Shown here one piece after another: positions 1-11,367 of a stretch of DNA of 64,000 bases (its first letter is position 1; each line of letters opens with the position of its first letter). The notes under the pieces were generated by a model that saw only the letters and a list, made by a program, of their open reading frames with translations, searched no databases and was not told where the DNA came from. The stretch is from sequence record OZ196212.1. One strand, written 5' to 3'. The translations under genes were made by a program, and so were the position numbers.

Positions 1-1800
<1,800 letters not shown>

Positions 1801-1801
1801 T

Positions 1802-1809
1802 TATAAATA
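1802..1809 (+). promoter_or_regulatory. T4-type late promoter TATAAATA (gp18)
   Basis: Exact TATAAATA 38 nt upstream of the gp18 start. Confidence 0.85.
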
Positions 1810-1846
1810 TCGTATGAACACATAACTTAAATGGTAAGGAAAAACA

Positions 1847-3862
1847 ATGACTCTTTTATCACCGGGTATCGAAAATAAAGAGATTAACCTTGCAAGTGCT
1901 ATTGGTCGTGCGGCTACGGGTCGTGCAGCAATGGTGGGGAAATTTGAGTGGGGTCCAGCTTATAAGATCACTCAAGTAACTTCAGAATCGGACTTGGTTA
2001 CTATTTTCGGTCGTCCAAACGACTATACCGCAGCATCATTCATGACTGCAAACAACTTTCTAAAGTATGGTAATGACTTGCGCTTAGTTCGTATCTGTGA
2101 CGAAGCAACGGCACAGAACGCAACGGCTCTTTACCATGCAATCGACTACACAATCAGCACGTCAAACGGCTGTGTTGTAGGCGATGAGATTACAATCAAC
2201 TACTCTGGTGTAGGTGAGCTTACAGCTAAAGGTAAAGTTCTAGAAGTAGACGCTGCGAACAACAACGCTGCATCGAAAATCTGGCTACCTAGTGCTGAAA
2301 TCATCGCTGCTGCGAAAGCAGATGGCAACTACCCAAGTGTAGCAACGTTGACAATCACGCCAACGCAGGGTGATATCACAATCACAGAAGTAAGCATTCT
2401 GACTAATGGCTCAGTATACTTCCCGAACATCGACACTGCAACCGATGCACTGACAGCAATCGAAACAGAGGGTGGCGATCTTGAGTACGCAGACCTGATC
2501 GAGAAGCAAGGTTTCAGTCGTTTCGCTGCACGTTACGTTGGTGACTTCGGTGACGCGATTTCAGTTGAAGTGATCAACTACGCTGATTACACGACTGCAT
2601 TTGCATTCGCTGCTGATCATACGCTAGGTGACGTAGAACTACCAATCTACCCAGATGGTGGCACTCGCGATATCAACTTGACAAGCTACTTCGCATTTGG
2701 TCCCGCTAATAGCAACCAATACGCAGTTGTTGTGCGCGTATCTGGCGTTGTTGAAGAAGCGTTCATCGTTTCGACAAGTCGCTCAGACAAAGATGTAAAC
2801 GGTCAATCAATTTTCATCGACGAGTTCTTTGAAAATGGCGGTTCTCAGTACATCACTGCAATTGCAGAGGGCTGGAACAGTGAGTCGGCAGCATACAACT
2901 TCGGTGGTGGCTACGACGCAAACGCAGGCGCAGATGACTGGATGTTCGGTCTAGATATGCTTGCAGACTCAGAAGTGCTTTACACGAACTTGGTAATCGC
3001 GGGTAACGCGGCTGCTGAAGAAGTGTCAATCGCATCAACAGTACAAAAATACGCTATCGACTCAGTTGGTAACGTACGTCAAGACTGTGTTGTTTTCGTT
3101 TCACCACCTGCTGCACACGTTATCAACAAGCGTGCAGATGTTGCAGTAGCAAACATTCAAGGTTGGAGAACGGGTACTAACCCAACAAACGGTCAAGCAG
3201 TGAGCGACAATCTGAACGTAAGCACAACTTACGCAGTGATTGATGGCAACTATAAGTATCAGTATGACAAGTATTCAGATCGCAACAGATGGGTGCCTCT
3301 CGCGGGTGACATCGCGGGTCTGTGTGCTTACACTGATCAAGTGTCTCAACCTTGGATGTCGCCAGCGGGCTTCAATCGTGGTCAAATTAAGGGCGTAAAC
3401 CGTCTAGCACTTGATCTACGTCGTGCGCACCGTGATACGCTGTATCAACTGGGTATCAACCCTGTAGTGGGCTTTGCAGGTCAAGGCTTTGTGCTATACG
3501 GTGATAAGACTGCTACACAGCAATCGAGCGCATTCGACCGCATCAACGTGCGTCGCTTGTTCAACTTGTTGAAAAAAGCAATCTCAGACTCGGCTAAGTA
3601 CCGTCTGTTCGAATTGAATGACGAGTTTACTCGTACATCGTTCAAGTCAGAAATCGACGCATACTTGACGAACATTCAAGATCTTGGTGGCATCTACGAC
3701 TTCCGCGTAGTTTGTGATGAGACGAACAACCCAGGTTCAATTGTAGACCGCAACGAGTTTGTGGCGAGCATTTACGTGAAACCTGCGCGTTCAATCAACT
3801 TCATCACGCTTAACTTCGTTGCAACGTCTACGGACGCTGATTTCGACGAGATTATCGGCTAA
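1847..3862 (+). CDS. gp18: Tail sheath protein
   Basis: MTLLSPGIENKEIN start, F.WGP, RLVR, WMSPAGFNRG, FDRINVRRLF, YVKPARSINFITLNF motifs of T4 gp18. Confidence 0.97.
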   Translation: MTLLSPGIENKEINLASAIGRAATGRAAMVGKFEWGPAYKITQVTSESDLVTIFGRPNDYTAASFMTANNFLKYGNDLRLVRICDEATAQNATALYHAIDYTISTSNGCVVGDEITINYSGVGELTAKGKVLEVDAANNNAASKIWLPSAEIIAAAKADGNYPSVATLTITPTQGDITITEVSILTNGSVYFPNIDTATDALTAIETEGGDLEYADLIEKQGFSRFAARYVGDFGDAISVEVINYADYTTAFAFAADHTLGDVELPIYPDGGTRDINLTSYFAFGPANSNQYAVVVRVSGVVEEAFIVSTSRSDKDVNGQSIFIDEFFENGGSQYITAIAEGWNSESAAYNFGGGYDANAGADDWMFGLDMLADSEVLYTNLVIAGNAAAEEVSIASTVQKYAIDSVGNVRQDCVVFVSPPAAHVINKRADVAVANIQGWRTGTNPTNGQAVSDNLNVSTTYAVIDGNYKYQYDKYSDRNRWVPLAGDIAGLCAYTDQVSQPWMSPAGFNRGQIKGVNRLALDLRRAHRDTLYQLGINPVVGFAGQGFVLYGDKTATQQSSAFDRINVRRLFNLLKKAISDSAKYRLFELNDEFTRTSFKSEIDAYLTNIQDLGGIYDFRVVCDETNNPGSIVDRNEFVASIYVKPARSINFITLNFVATSTDADFDEIIG

Positions 3863-3872
3863 GAGCAATCAC

Positions 3873-3900
3873 GAGGGGCGTTTTTTAGCCCCTCTAAATA
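3873..3900 (+). promoter_or_regulatory. Stem-loop GAGGGGC/GCCCCTC overlapping a late-promoter variant TCTAAATA (gp19)
   Basis: Inverted repeat 3873-3894; TCTAAATA at 3893-3900, 16 nt before the gp19 ATG. Confidence 0.65.
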
Positions 3901-3916
3901 ATAAGGTATAGAGAAA

Positions 3917-4417
3917 ATGGCACTTAATGTAGACAGCATTAAAAGAGCTTTCGGTAACGGTGATTTCGCTCGTCCAAACTTGTTCGAAGTTGAGATTCCG
4001 TATCTGGGACAGAACTTTAAATTCCAATGTCGCGCTTCAGCAATGCCACCGGGTAGTGTTGAGAAGCTAGAAGTTTCTTATCAAAATCGCAAGTACAACA
4101 TTGCAGGTGATCGAACGTTCGATGACTGGAATGTGACAGTGTACAACGATGAGACGCACGACATTCGCAAAGCTATTTTAGCATGGCAATCGCGTGCAGT
4201 TGGCTTAGGCAAAGATGTGACTGGTGAAACGCCAGACCAATACAAGCGTACTGGTACGATTACTCAACTTGATCGTAACGGCGAACCAACAACATCAGCT
4301 ACAGTATACGGGATTTTCCCGACTATGGTTGGCGAAGTTGCTCTTGATTGGGATTCAAACAATGAAATCCAAACGTTTGAAGTAACATTCAGCTTAGACT
4401 ACTTCACAGTAGAATAA
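3917..4417 (+). CDS. gp19: Tail tube protein
   Basis: GDFARPNLFEVEI, AGDRTFDDWNVTVYND, LDWDSNNEIQTFEVTF motifs; between 18 and 20. Confidence 0.96.
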   Translation: MALNVDSIKRAFGNGDFARPNLFEVEIPYLGQNFKFQCRASAMPPGSVEKLEVSYQNRKYNIAGDRTFDDWNVTVYNDETHDIRKAILAWQSRAVGLGKDVTGETPDQYKRTGTITQLDRNGEPTTSATVYGIFPTMVGEVALDWDSNNEIQTFEVTFSLDYFTVE

Positions 4418-4422
4418 TGATG

Positions 4423-4444
4423 AGGGGCGTACGCCCCTTTTATT
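4423..4444 (+). terminator. Rho-independent terminator
   Basis: AGGGGCG-TA-CGCCCCT followed by a T-run. Confidence 0.7.
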
Positions 4445-4455
4445 GAGGTAAAATA

Positions 4456-6003
4456 ATGTTAGAATTTATGAAATTCTGGACGAAAGAAGAAGAACAAGAA
4501 GTATCTGACATTCAGAAGAATCCAGTTCGTTCGTTTTCAGCGCCAGATAACGTAGATGGTGCTAAAGATATTCATACTAACTTACTAGCGCCTCAGATGG
4601 GTAACCAGTTCATTCCGAGTGATATGAACCAAGAGGGCACAGTTCCGATTAAAGAACTGATCTCAGGCTACCGAGCATTAGCAGAATATCATGAAGTCGA
4701 TGATGCGATTCAAGAAATCGTCGATGAAGCTATCGTTTACGAAAACGATAAAGAAGTTGTGTGGTTGAACCTAGACAACACAGATTTTTCAGAAAATATC
4801 AAGACTCGAATCAACGAAGAATTTGACACTGTAGTTTCGTTGCTACATATGCGTAAGCACGGTTATAAGTGGTTCCGTAAATGGTATGTCGATTCACGCA
4901 TTTACTTTCACAAGATTCTTGATAAAGAAGACAATATCATTGAGCTGCGCCCATTAGACCCTATGAAAATGGAGCTAGTGCGTGAGGTTCAAAAGGAAAC
5001 AGTCGATGGCGTTGAAATCGTTAAAGGCACACTAGAATACTACGTGTACCGTCAAGCAGATTACAAGATGCCGAGTTGGATGGACACAAGTTCACGCTCA
5101 CAGACTGCATTCAGAATTCCAAAAGAAGCGATTGTTTTCGCTCATAGTGGTCTTATTCGTGGTTGTTCTGAGACTCAGACAATCATCGGGTATCTAGATC
5201 GCGCTATAAAGCCCGCTAATCAACTTAAAATGCTAGAAGATGCACTTGTTATCTATCGTCTAGCACGTGCCCCTGAGCGTCGCGTATTCTACGTAGACGT
5301 AGGTAACTTGCCTACTCAGAAAGCACAGCAATATGTTAACGGCATCATGCAAAACGTCAAGAACCGTCTTGTATACGACACTAACACGGGTTCAGTGAAG
5401 AACACGACTAACGCTATGTCAATGCTTGAGGACTACTATCTACCGCGTAGAGAGGGTTCAAAAGGTACTGAAGTTAGTACGCTTCCCGGTGGTCAGTCAT
5501 TAGGCGATATTGAAGACGTAATGTACTTCAACCGTAAATTGTACAAAGCAATGCGAATTCCGACTTCACGCGCAGCGTCTGAAGATCAATCGGGTGGTAT
5601 TAACTTTGGTGGTGGTGCAGAAATTTCGCGTGATGAGCTTAAATTCACCAAATTCGTTAAGCGTTTGCAGACTCGTTTCGAAACTGTAATCACTGATCCG
5701 CTTAAACATCAGTTGATCGTTAATAACGTCATCACTGAAGAAGAGTGGGACGCGAATCATGAAAAAATTTATGTTGTATTCAACCAAGATTCGTACTTCG
5801 AAGAATCGAAAGAATTGGAGATTCTAAATAGTCGTATGAACGCAATGCGTGACGTGTCGGAATATGCCGGCAAATATTACAGTCATAAATACATTCAGAA
5901 AAACATTTTACGATTGTCTGACGACCAAATTGAAGCGATGCAAGCAGAGATTGACGAAGAAGACACTAATCCACGATTCCAAGCAGACGACCACGGCTTT
6001 TAG
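4456..6003 (+). CDS. gp20: Portal vertex protein
   Basis: WYVDSRIYFHK, YLDRAIKPANQLKMLEDALVIYRLARAPERRVFYVDVGNLP, EDYYLPRREG, RDELKF motifs. Confidence 0.97.
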   Translation: MLEFMKFWTKEEEQEVSDIQKNPVRSFSAPDNVDGAKDIHTNLLAPQMGNQFIPSDMNQEGTVPIKELISGYRALAEYHEVDDAIQEIVDEAIVYENDKEVVWLNLDNTDFSENIKTRINEEFDTVVSLLHMRKHGYKWFRKWYVDSRIYFHKILDKEDNIIELRPLDPMKMELVREVQKETVDGVEIVKGTLEYYVYRQADYKMPSWMDTSSRSQTAFRIPKEAIVFAHSGLIRGCSETQTIIGYLDRAIKPANQLKMLEDALVIYRLARAPERRVFYVDVGNLPTQKAQQYVNGIMQNVKNRLVYDTNTGSVKNTTNAMSMLEDYYLPRREGSKGTEVSTLPGGQSLGDIEDVMYFNRKLYKAMRIPTSRAASEDQSGGINFGGGAEISRDELKFTKFVKRLQTRFETVITDPLKHQLIVNNVITEEEWDANHEKIYVVFNQDSYFEESKELEILNSRMNAMRDVSEYAGKYYSHKYIQKNILRLSDDQIEAMQAEIDEEDTNPRFQADDHGF

Positions 6004-6017
6004 AGAGGTAACATAAC

Positions 6018-6185
6018 ATGAGCTTAGAAAATATGATCGCAGCATCGCGTGACGGCAAACTTGCAGATTTTGAACAACACTTCAAGCAAGAGATCGGTCA
6101 GCGTGTAGCAGCACGAATTGATGATATGAAGCAAGAACTAGGTCGCTCAATCCAAGTAGATGGGGAAGTTCCCAAGGAGAGCTAA
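6018..6185 (+). CDS. gp67: Prohead core protein (55 aa), missing from the ORF track
   Basis: Hand translation MSLENMIAASRDGKLADFEQHFKQEIGQRVAARIDDMKQELGRSIQVDGEVPKES*; SD GAGG; sits between 20 and 68 as in T4. Confidence 0.8.
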   Translation: MSLENMIAASRDGKLADFEQHFKQEIGQRVAARIDDMKQELGRSIQVDGEVPKES

Positions 6186-6677
6186 ATGAAGTTCATTACA
6201 GAAGATGCGCAAGCGCAGATTGTTGATGACTTAGCTGAAGCAGTAATAGACGGCGTGATTGAACGTTCGTCTGTGCCCGCGACAATCAAAGCATTCAGTG
6301 AAGCTAACGAAATTGCTATTCAAGACATTGACGAAATGGTCGAAGAAGTTGACGCAGTTATTGGCGTAGTTGAAGCTATTGAACGCGGTCTCACCGTTGA
6401 AGACGCGTGTGTTGAGCTGAAATTATCAGAAAAAATGGTTAAAAAGGTATCAGTTGCAGACCGCAAAGCGGGTGGTAGCTTGATTTCTAAAAAGAAAGAC
6501 CGAAAAACTCGTGCGCGAAAAGCTTCGCAAACTACGGGTCTAAGTAAGTCTAAGAGACAAAAGACAGCACGCAAAGCAGCGAAAACGCGCAAGCGCCAGA
6601 AAGGCACTAGCACAGATCGCAAAGCTAAAAAGACTCGTGCTAAGTCTATGAAGAAACGCAAACAAATGGGGCTTTGA
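6186..6677 (+). CDS. gp68: Prohead core protein
   Basis: Acidic N-half, very basic C-half (RKASQTTGLSKSKRQKTARKAAKTRK...SMKKRKQMGL), T4 synteny. Confidence 0.88.
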   Translation: MKFITEDAQAQIVDDLAEAVIDGVIERSSVPATIKAFSEANEIAIQDIDEMVEEVDAVIGVVEAIERGLTVEDACVELKLSEKMVKKVSVADRKAGGSLISKKKDRKTRARKASQTTGLSKSKRQKTARKAAKTRKRQKGTSTDRKAKKTRAKSMKKRKQMGL

Positions 6678-6679
6678 TT

Positions 6680-7315
6680 ATGGAATTATTAATCGAAACT
6701 TGGGGTGTATCTAGCGGTCTCGCTGAATCCCTTGGTGAAAAGCCTCTTGTTGAAGCGAAGCTACCTGCGACGAAAGGTGGCGACTTGTACATCGAGGGCA
6801 TTTTCATGCAATCGAATGTCGTAAACCGTAACGGACGTCGATACCCGAAAAAAGTTATGGAAAATGCTGTATCTAAATACATGCAAGAACAAGTCAACAC
6901 GAATCAAGCGTTGGGCGAATTGAATCACCCTAGCCGTTCGAATGTCGATCCTGCTGAAGCTGCAATTAGAATTACTGAGTTGTGGTGGGATGGTGACAAC
7001 GTAATGGGTAAAGCTATCGTACTAAATACACCGAAGGGACAAATTGTTCGTGGTCTAATCGAAGGCGGTTGGGTACCGGGCGTGAGTTCAAGAGGTCTTG
7101 GTTCAGTTAAGCAAGTTGACGGCATTAACGAAGTGACAGACTTTCGTCTGACAGTTGGAGTTGATGTAGTATGGGGCCCTAGTGCACCAAGTGCTTACGT
7201 TAAACCAGTAACTGAGTCAAATGAAGCTGCTAAAGATGTAAAAACAGAAGAAATTACCGAAAGTAATGACGCTGAATTTGCGAAACTAGCGGAAACGTTA
7301 AAAACTCTCTTATAA
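6680..7315 (+). CDS. gp21: Prohead protease
   Basis: LYIEGIFMQSNVVNRNGRRYPK, LGELNHP, GVSSRGLGS, VDVVWGPSAPSAYV; ATG 6680 preferred over TTG 6674. Confidence 0.96.
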   Translation: MELLIETWGVSSGLAESLGEKPLVEAKLPATKGGDLYIEGIFMQSNVVNRNGRRYPKKVMENAVSKYMQEQVNTNQALGELNHPSRSNVDPAEAAIRITELWWDGDNVMGKAIVLNTPKGQIVRGLIEGGWVPGVSSRGLGSVKQVDGINEVTDFRLTVGVDVVWGPSAPSAYVKPVTESNEAAKDVKTEEITESNDAEFAKLAETLKTLL

Positions 7316-7318
7316 ATA
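7311..7318 (+). promoter_or_regulatory. Late promoter TATAAATA (gp22)
   Basis: Exact motif upstream of gp22. Confidence 0.85.
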
Positions 7319-7347
7319 TTAAAAACATATTTAAGGAATTGAAGAAG

Positions 7348-8190
7348 ATGCAAATCAAAGAGCAACTACTTGAAGCGGTATCGCACGACGATACTAAAAT
7401 CACTACTGCTTTGGACGGCATTTTTGAATCAGTTGAACTTTCCGAAGATGTTCGTAATAAGTTCAGCACTGTTTTCGAAAGTGTTATCAAGACAAAAGCC
7501 GTTGAGCTTGCAGAAGCGCACATCGCTGAAGCTGCTACAAAAGCGGAAGCAGTTATCACAGCACACAAAGAAGAGCTAAACGAAGCCGCTGAAAAATACG
7601 GTGAACATTTAGCTGAATCAATGCAAAACAAACTTGATTCATACCTAGACCACGTTGTTGAAGCTTGGATGAGCGAAAACAAACTAGCGGTTGAAAATGG
7701 TCTGAAAGTATCAATGTTTGACGGTTTGATGGAAGGCATGAAAAATGTTTTCGTTGAAAACAACGTACACTGCCCAGACGAAAAGATTGATATGATCGAA
7801 TCTCTTGAAGAGAACATCACTGATCTTGAATCTCGTCTTGATGTAGTGGTAGTTGAGAACCGTAAGCACAAAGAATACGCTAACTACGTAGAGAAAAACA
7901 TCATCATTGAACGCGTGACAAAAGGCATGGCTGAATCTCAGAAAGAACAAGTTTCTGACCTGGCTGAGTCAATTCGCTTCGATGAGAACTTTGAAGACAA
8001 TCTAAATAGTGTTATCAAGTTCGCTTCTGGTATCAAACTTGCTGAAAAAGAAGATGACGAAGAAGACGACAAAAAACCAGCTCCGAAGAAAGACGAAGAT
8101 GGTGACGACGACGCTGAGAAGAAAGACGACAAAGATATCAATGAATCTGTAACGCCATCAATGGCTGCATATTTGAAAGCTGTCTCGTAA
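7348..8190 (+). CDS. gp22: Prohead core scaffold protein
   Basis: Acidic helical protein with YLDHVVEAWMSENKLAVENG, MAAYLKA end; between 21 and 23; ATG 7348 has the better SD spacing. Confidence 0.92.
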   Translation: MQIKEQLLEAVSHDDTKITTALDGIFESVELSEDVRNKFSTVFESVIKTKAVELAEAHIAEAATKAEAVITAHKEELNEAAEKYGEHLAESMQNKLDSYLDHVVEAWMSENKLAVENGLKVSMFDGLMEGMKNVFVENNVHCPDEKIDMIESLEENITDLESRLDVVVVENRKHKEYANYVEKNIIIERVTKGMAESQKEQVSDLAESIRFDENFEDNLNSVIKFASGIKLAEKEDDEEDDKKPAPKKDEDGDDDAEKKDDKDINESVTPSMAAYLKAVS

Positions 8191-8226
8191 TATTCGATAA
8201 GCAAATAAAAACGTAAAATTACGTTA

Positions 8227-8234
8227 TATAAATA
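8227..8234 (+). promoter_or_regulatory. Late promoter TATAAATA (gp23)
   Basis: Exact motif upstream of gp23. Confidence 0.88.
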
Positions 8235-8273
8235 CTTTTGTAAATTTTAGAACATATTAAAGGAATCATTCAA

Positions 8274-9815
8274 ATGAACCTAACTGAAAAATGGAAAGAC
8301 TTGCTTGAGGCAGACGGCGCGGAAATGCCAGAGATTGCAACTGCAACTAAGCAAAAAATCATGTCGAAAATCTTTGAAAACCAAGATCGTGACATCAACC
8401 AAGATCCAATGTATCGTGATCCACAACTTGTAGAAGCTTTCAACGCTGGTCTTAACGAAGCAGTAGTAGATGGCGACCACGGTTCTGTAGCGAACATCGC
8501 AAGCGGTCAAACAACTGGTGCTGTAACAAACATCGGTCCTACTGTAATGGGTATGGTTCGTCGTGCAATCCCTCAACTTATCGCTTTCGATATTGCGGGT
8601 GTTCAACCGATGACTGGTCCAACTAGCCAAGTGTTCACACTTCGTTCAGTTTACGGTAAAGATCCTCTTACTGGTAAAGAAGCATTCCACCCTGTTCATC
8701 AGGCTGACAGCTCTTTCTCTGGTCAAGGTGCTGCATCAACAATCGCTGATCTTCCAACAGACGCGACAGTAGTTTCTACTCCGTACAAAGCGACTGTTAC
8801 AACAGATGGCGGTACTGACGACCTACGTCACTTCCTAGCTCTAACTACAGACGCTGTAGTAGCAAGCTCAGGTGTGATGACTGCTGCTGAATACCAAGCA
8901 CTTGTAATCGGTGGTAAACTGGTTGAAGTTGACGCTGGTATGGCAACAAGCCAAGCAGAACTACAAGAGAACTTCAACGGTTCAAGCGGTAACGAATGGA
9001 ACGAAATGTCATTCCGTATCGACAAGCAAGTTGTTGAAGCGAAATCTCGTCAATTGAAAGCTCAATACTCTATCGAGCTTGCTCAAGATTTACGTGCTGT
9101 ACACGGTCTTGATGCTGACGCTGAACTAAGCGGCATTCTTGCTAACGAAGTTATGGTTGAGCTTAACCGCGAAATCGTTAACCTAGTTAACTCTCAAGCG
9201 CAAATCGGTAAGTCTGGTTGGACTAAAGGTGCAGGCGCTGCGGGTGTATTCGATTTCAGCGATGCAACAGACGTTAAAGGCGCTCGTTGGGCTGGTGAAG
9301 CTTACAAAGCTCTATTGATCCAAATCGAAAAAGAAGCAAACGAAATCGGTCGTCAAACTGGTCGTGGTAACGGTAACTTCATCATTGCATCACGCAACGT
9401 AGTTTCTGCACTTTCAATGACTGATACTCTAGTTGGCCCTGCTGCGCAAGGTCTACAAGATGGCTCTATGAATACTGAAACAAATCAAACTGTTTTCGCG
9501 GGTATTCTAGGCGGTCGCTTCAAAGTGTACATTGACCAGTACGCAGTGAATGACTACTTCACAGTAGGCTTCAAAGGCGGTACTGAAATGGACGCGGGTG
9601 TGTTCTACTCACCGTACGTACCTCTGACTCCACTACGTGGTTCAGACAGCAAAAACTTCCAACCTGTAATTGGTTTCAAAACTCGTTACGGCGTTCAAGT
9701 TAACCCGTTTGCTGATCCAGATGCGACAGTAGACAAAATTGGTTCAGGTGCTCCAGTAGCTGCATCAATGGGTAAAAACTCTTACTTCCGTCGCGTATTC
9801 GTGAGCGGTCTGTAA
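8274..9815 (+). CDS. gp23: Major capsid protein
   Basis: GMVRRAIPQLIAFDIAGVQPMTGPT, EAKSRQLKAQYSIELAQDLRAVHG, FYSPYVPL, KTRYG; gp21 cleavage site LNE|AVVDGDHG. Confidence 0.98.
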   Translation: MNLTEKWKDLLEADGAEMPEIATATKQKIMSKIFENQDRDINQDPMYRDPQLVEAFNAGLNEAVVDGDHGSVANIASGQTTGAVTNIGPTVMGMVRRAIPQLIAFDIAGVQPMTGPTSQVFTLRSVYGKDPLTGKEAFHPVHQADSSFSGQGAASTIADLPTDATVVSTPYKATVTTDGGTDDLRHFLALTTDAVVASSGVMTAAEYQALVIGGKLVEVDAGMATSQAELQENFNGSSGNEWNEMSFRIDKQVVEAKSRQLKAQYSIELAQDLRAVHGLDADAELSGILANEVMVELNREIVNLVNSQAQIGKSGWTKGAGAAGVFDFSDATDVKGARWAGEAYKALLIQIEKEANEIGRQTGRGNGNFIIASRNVVSALSMTDTLVGPAAQGLQDGSMNTETNQTVFAGILGGRFKVYIDQYAVNDYFTVGFKGGTEMDAGVFYSPYVPLTPLRGSDSKNFQPVIGFKTRYGVQVNPFADPDATVDKIGSGAPVAASMGKNSYFRRVFVSGL

Positions 9816-9827
9816 GACTAAAGCTTT

Positions 9828-9855
9828 AAAAGGGACTCTTCGGAGTCCCTTTTTG
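9828..9855. terminator. Bidirectional terminator with UUCG loop
   Basis: AAAAGGGACTC-TTCG-GAGTCCCTTTTT between convergent gp23 and cca. Confidence 0.9.
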
Positions 9856-9858
9856 CGT

Positions 9859-10968
9859 TTATGCGCAATGCAAAATGTTTTCAGCAATCAACATGCGTTT
9901 CTCTAGTTGAGCAGCACCGTACTGCGGTCCCGGTTCAACGTCAACACGCACAATCATCGTTTTCGCGATGATCTCTCTCAATGTGCTTTGTTTCGTCACG
10001 TCGTTCATTTGCGATAGCGCGACTTCAAACTCACGACCATTCTTATAAGCACCCAATTGCTGCAACGCAATGACTACAGACGAGTCGTAAACGTGTAATA
10101 CGTTCAACTGCATTAAGATTTCAGAAGTCTTCTGAAAACGCTTTGTAGCCCCGAATTTAGACGTGTAACGATTTCGATGATCGAACGCAGCCCATTTGCC
10201 GATGAGTTGAGTCTCTTCGCCTTGAAACTTCATGTGATTGTAATGCTTCAATGACATTAACTCAGCCGCACGTGGTTGCGAACAGAACCCGATTTGACCT
10301 AAGAACGAAAAGTACATGTGAGCATTCTTCTCAGATAGTGCTTTCATCGTCTCTAACCACACGCGCTCCTGCGGTAAGTGATCAAGCATACCGTCGGCAA
10401 CCATCTTCTCACACAGCTCACGTGTCTCTTTAGCAACAGTGAACCCGAGACTATGATAACGAGCATAGAAACGCGCTACGCGCAGCACACGAAGCGGATC
10501 TTCTGCAAATGCATCAGTCGTATGACGAAGCACGCGATCTTGTAGATCACGTAGACCATTATACGGGTCGATTACAGGTTCAGTTGATGTAAACATGAAG
10601 AATGCTTGTTCGTCAACTCGACGTACAGCCATTGCATTGATAGTCAAGTCGCGTCGAGAAAGGTCATCTTCTAGTGTAACACCATCAGTCGTGAACGTGA
10701 AATCTGTTGTCTTGTCACCGATGCTGCGTTCAACACGAGCAAGTGCGACTTCGTTCCCTTTCTCATCTAGCCATACGGGAAAATCTGCACCGATAGGTTC
10801 ACCATACAACTCACGCATTTCGGCATCAGATGTATTGATCATTAAATAATCTATATCCTTAGGAAATATCGCGTAGTCGCATCGCATGTTCAAGATTGTG
10901 TCGCGCACAGCCCCACCCACGACAAATTGTTTCGATTCTGTAGCCGCAGCTAGTGAATTATTTTGCAT
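9859..10968 (-). CDS. cca: tRNA nucleotidyltransferase (class II CCA-adding enzyme)
   Basis: VGGAVRD..KDIDY, EVALAR, DLSRRDLTINAMA, IDPYNGLRDL, FAEDPLRVLRVARF motifs. Confidence 0.93.
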   Translation of the reverse strand: MQNNSLAAATESKQFVVGGAVRDTILNMRCDYAIFPKDIDYLMINTSDAEMRELYGEPIGADFPVWLDEKGNEVALARVERSIGDKTTDFTFTTDGVTLEDDLSRRDLTINAMAVRRVDEQAFFMFTSTEPVIDPYNGLRDLQDRVLRHTTDAFAEDPLRVLRVARFYARYHSLGFTVAKETRELCEKMVADGMLDHLPQERVWLETMKALSEKNAHMYFSFLGQIGFCSQPRAAELMSLKHYNHMKFQGEETQLIGKWAAFDHRNRYTSKFGATKRFQKTSEILMQLNVLHVYDSSVVIALQQLGAYKNGREFEVALSQMNDVTKQSTLREIIAKTMIVRVDVEPGPQYGAAQLEKRMLIAENILHCA

Positions 10969-10999
10969 TTGTTAAAACTCCAATAACATGATTTCAATT

Positions 11000-11028
11000 A
11001 TTATAAATAAATGTATTGAGTATGTCAA
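11000..11028 (-). promoter_or_regulatory. Consensus sigma70 promoter for cca (TTGACA-17-TATAAT)
   Basis: Minus strand: TTGACA at 11023-11028, 17-nt spacer, TATAAT at 11000-11005. Confidence 0.85.
11002..11009 (+). promoter_or_regulatory. Late promoter TATAAATA for the 11050-14417 operon
   Basis: Exact motif 40 nt before ORF 11050. Confidence 0.8.
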
Positions 11029-11049
11029 CTGAATTTACAGGAATCATTA

Positions 11050-11358
11050 ATGATTGAATTAAAACCTGGTAGAAGTCTCGTTACACAAGGCGTTCCGCTG
11101 ACAGATACCGAGTCCACTACAGTTCTGTTCAAGACAAGTAACTATGGGCTTGACAGTTCTTATTGTGCGATCTTGAACGATGCTGAAACATCAGTCGAGA
11201 TTGCATTCGGTGGCGTAGAAGATGGTGACCCTGATCCTGCTTACCCAGAAGATTACTTCACTATACACACGAACGGCAACTACGAAATCCCACCGAGCGC
11301 GTTTGCGCGTAAAATCAAAGTATGGTTGCGAGGGGAGCGCGTTGTCATAATCTATTAA
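11050..11358 (+). CDS. Hypothetical late protein (102 aa), probably structural
   Basis: ORF with SD, first gene after a late promoter; beta-rich composition. Confidence 0.75.
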   Translation: MIELKPGRSLVTQGVPLTDTESTTVLFKTSNYGLDSSYCAILNDAETSVEIAFGGVEDGDPDPAYPEDYFTIHTNGNYEIPPSAFARKIKVWLRGERVVIIY

Positions 11359-11367
11359 GGAGATGCA

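Noticed and set aside
6320-8630. Antisense ORFs over gp68, gp21, gp22 and gp23 (e.g. 6320-6661, 7254-7871)
   Set aside because: Shadows of strongly codon-biased genes; S/F/L-rich low-complexity translations with no SD or promoter.
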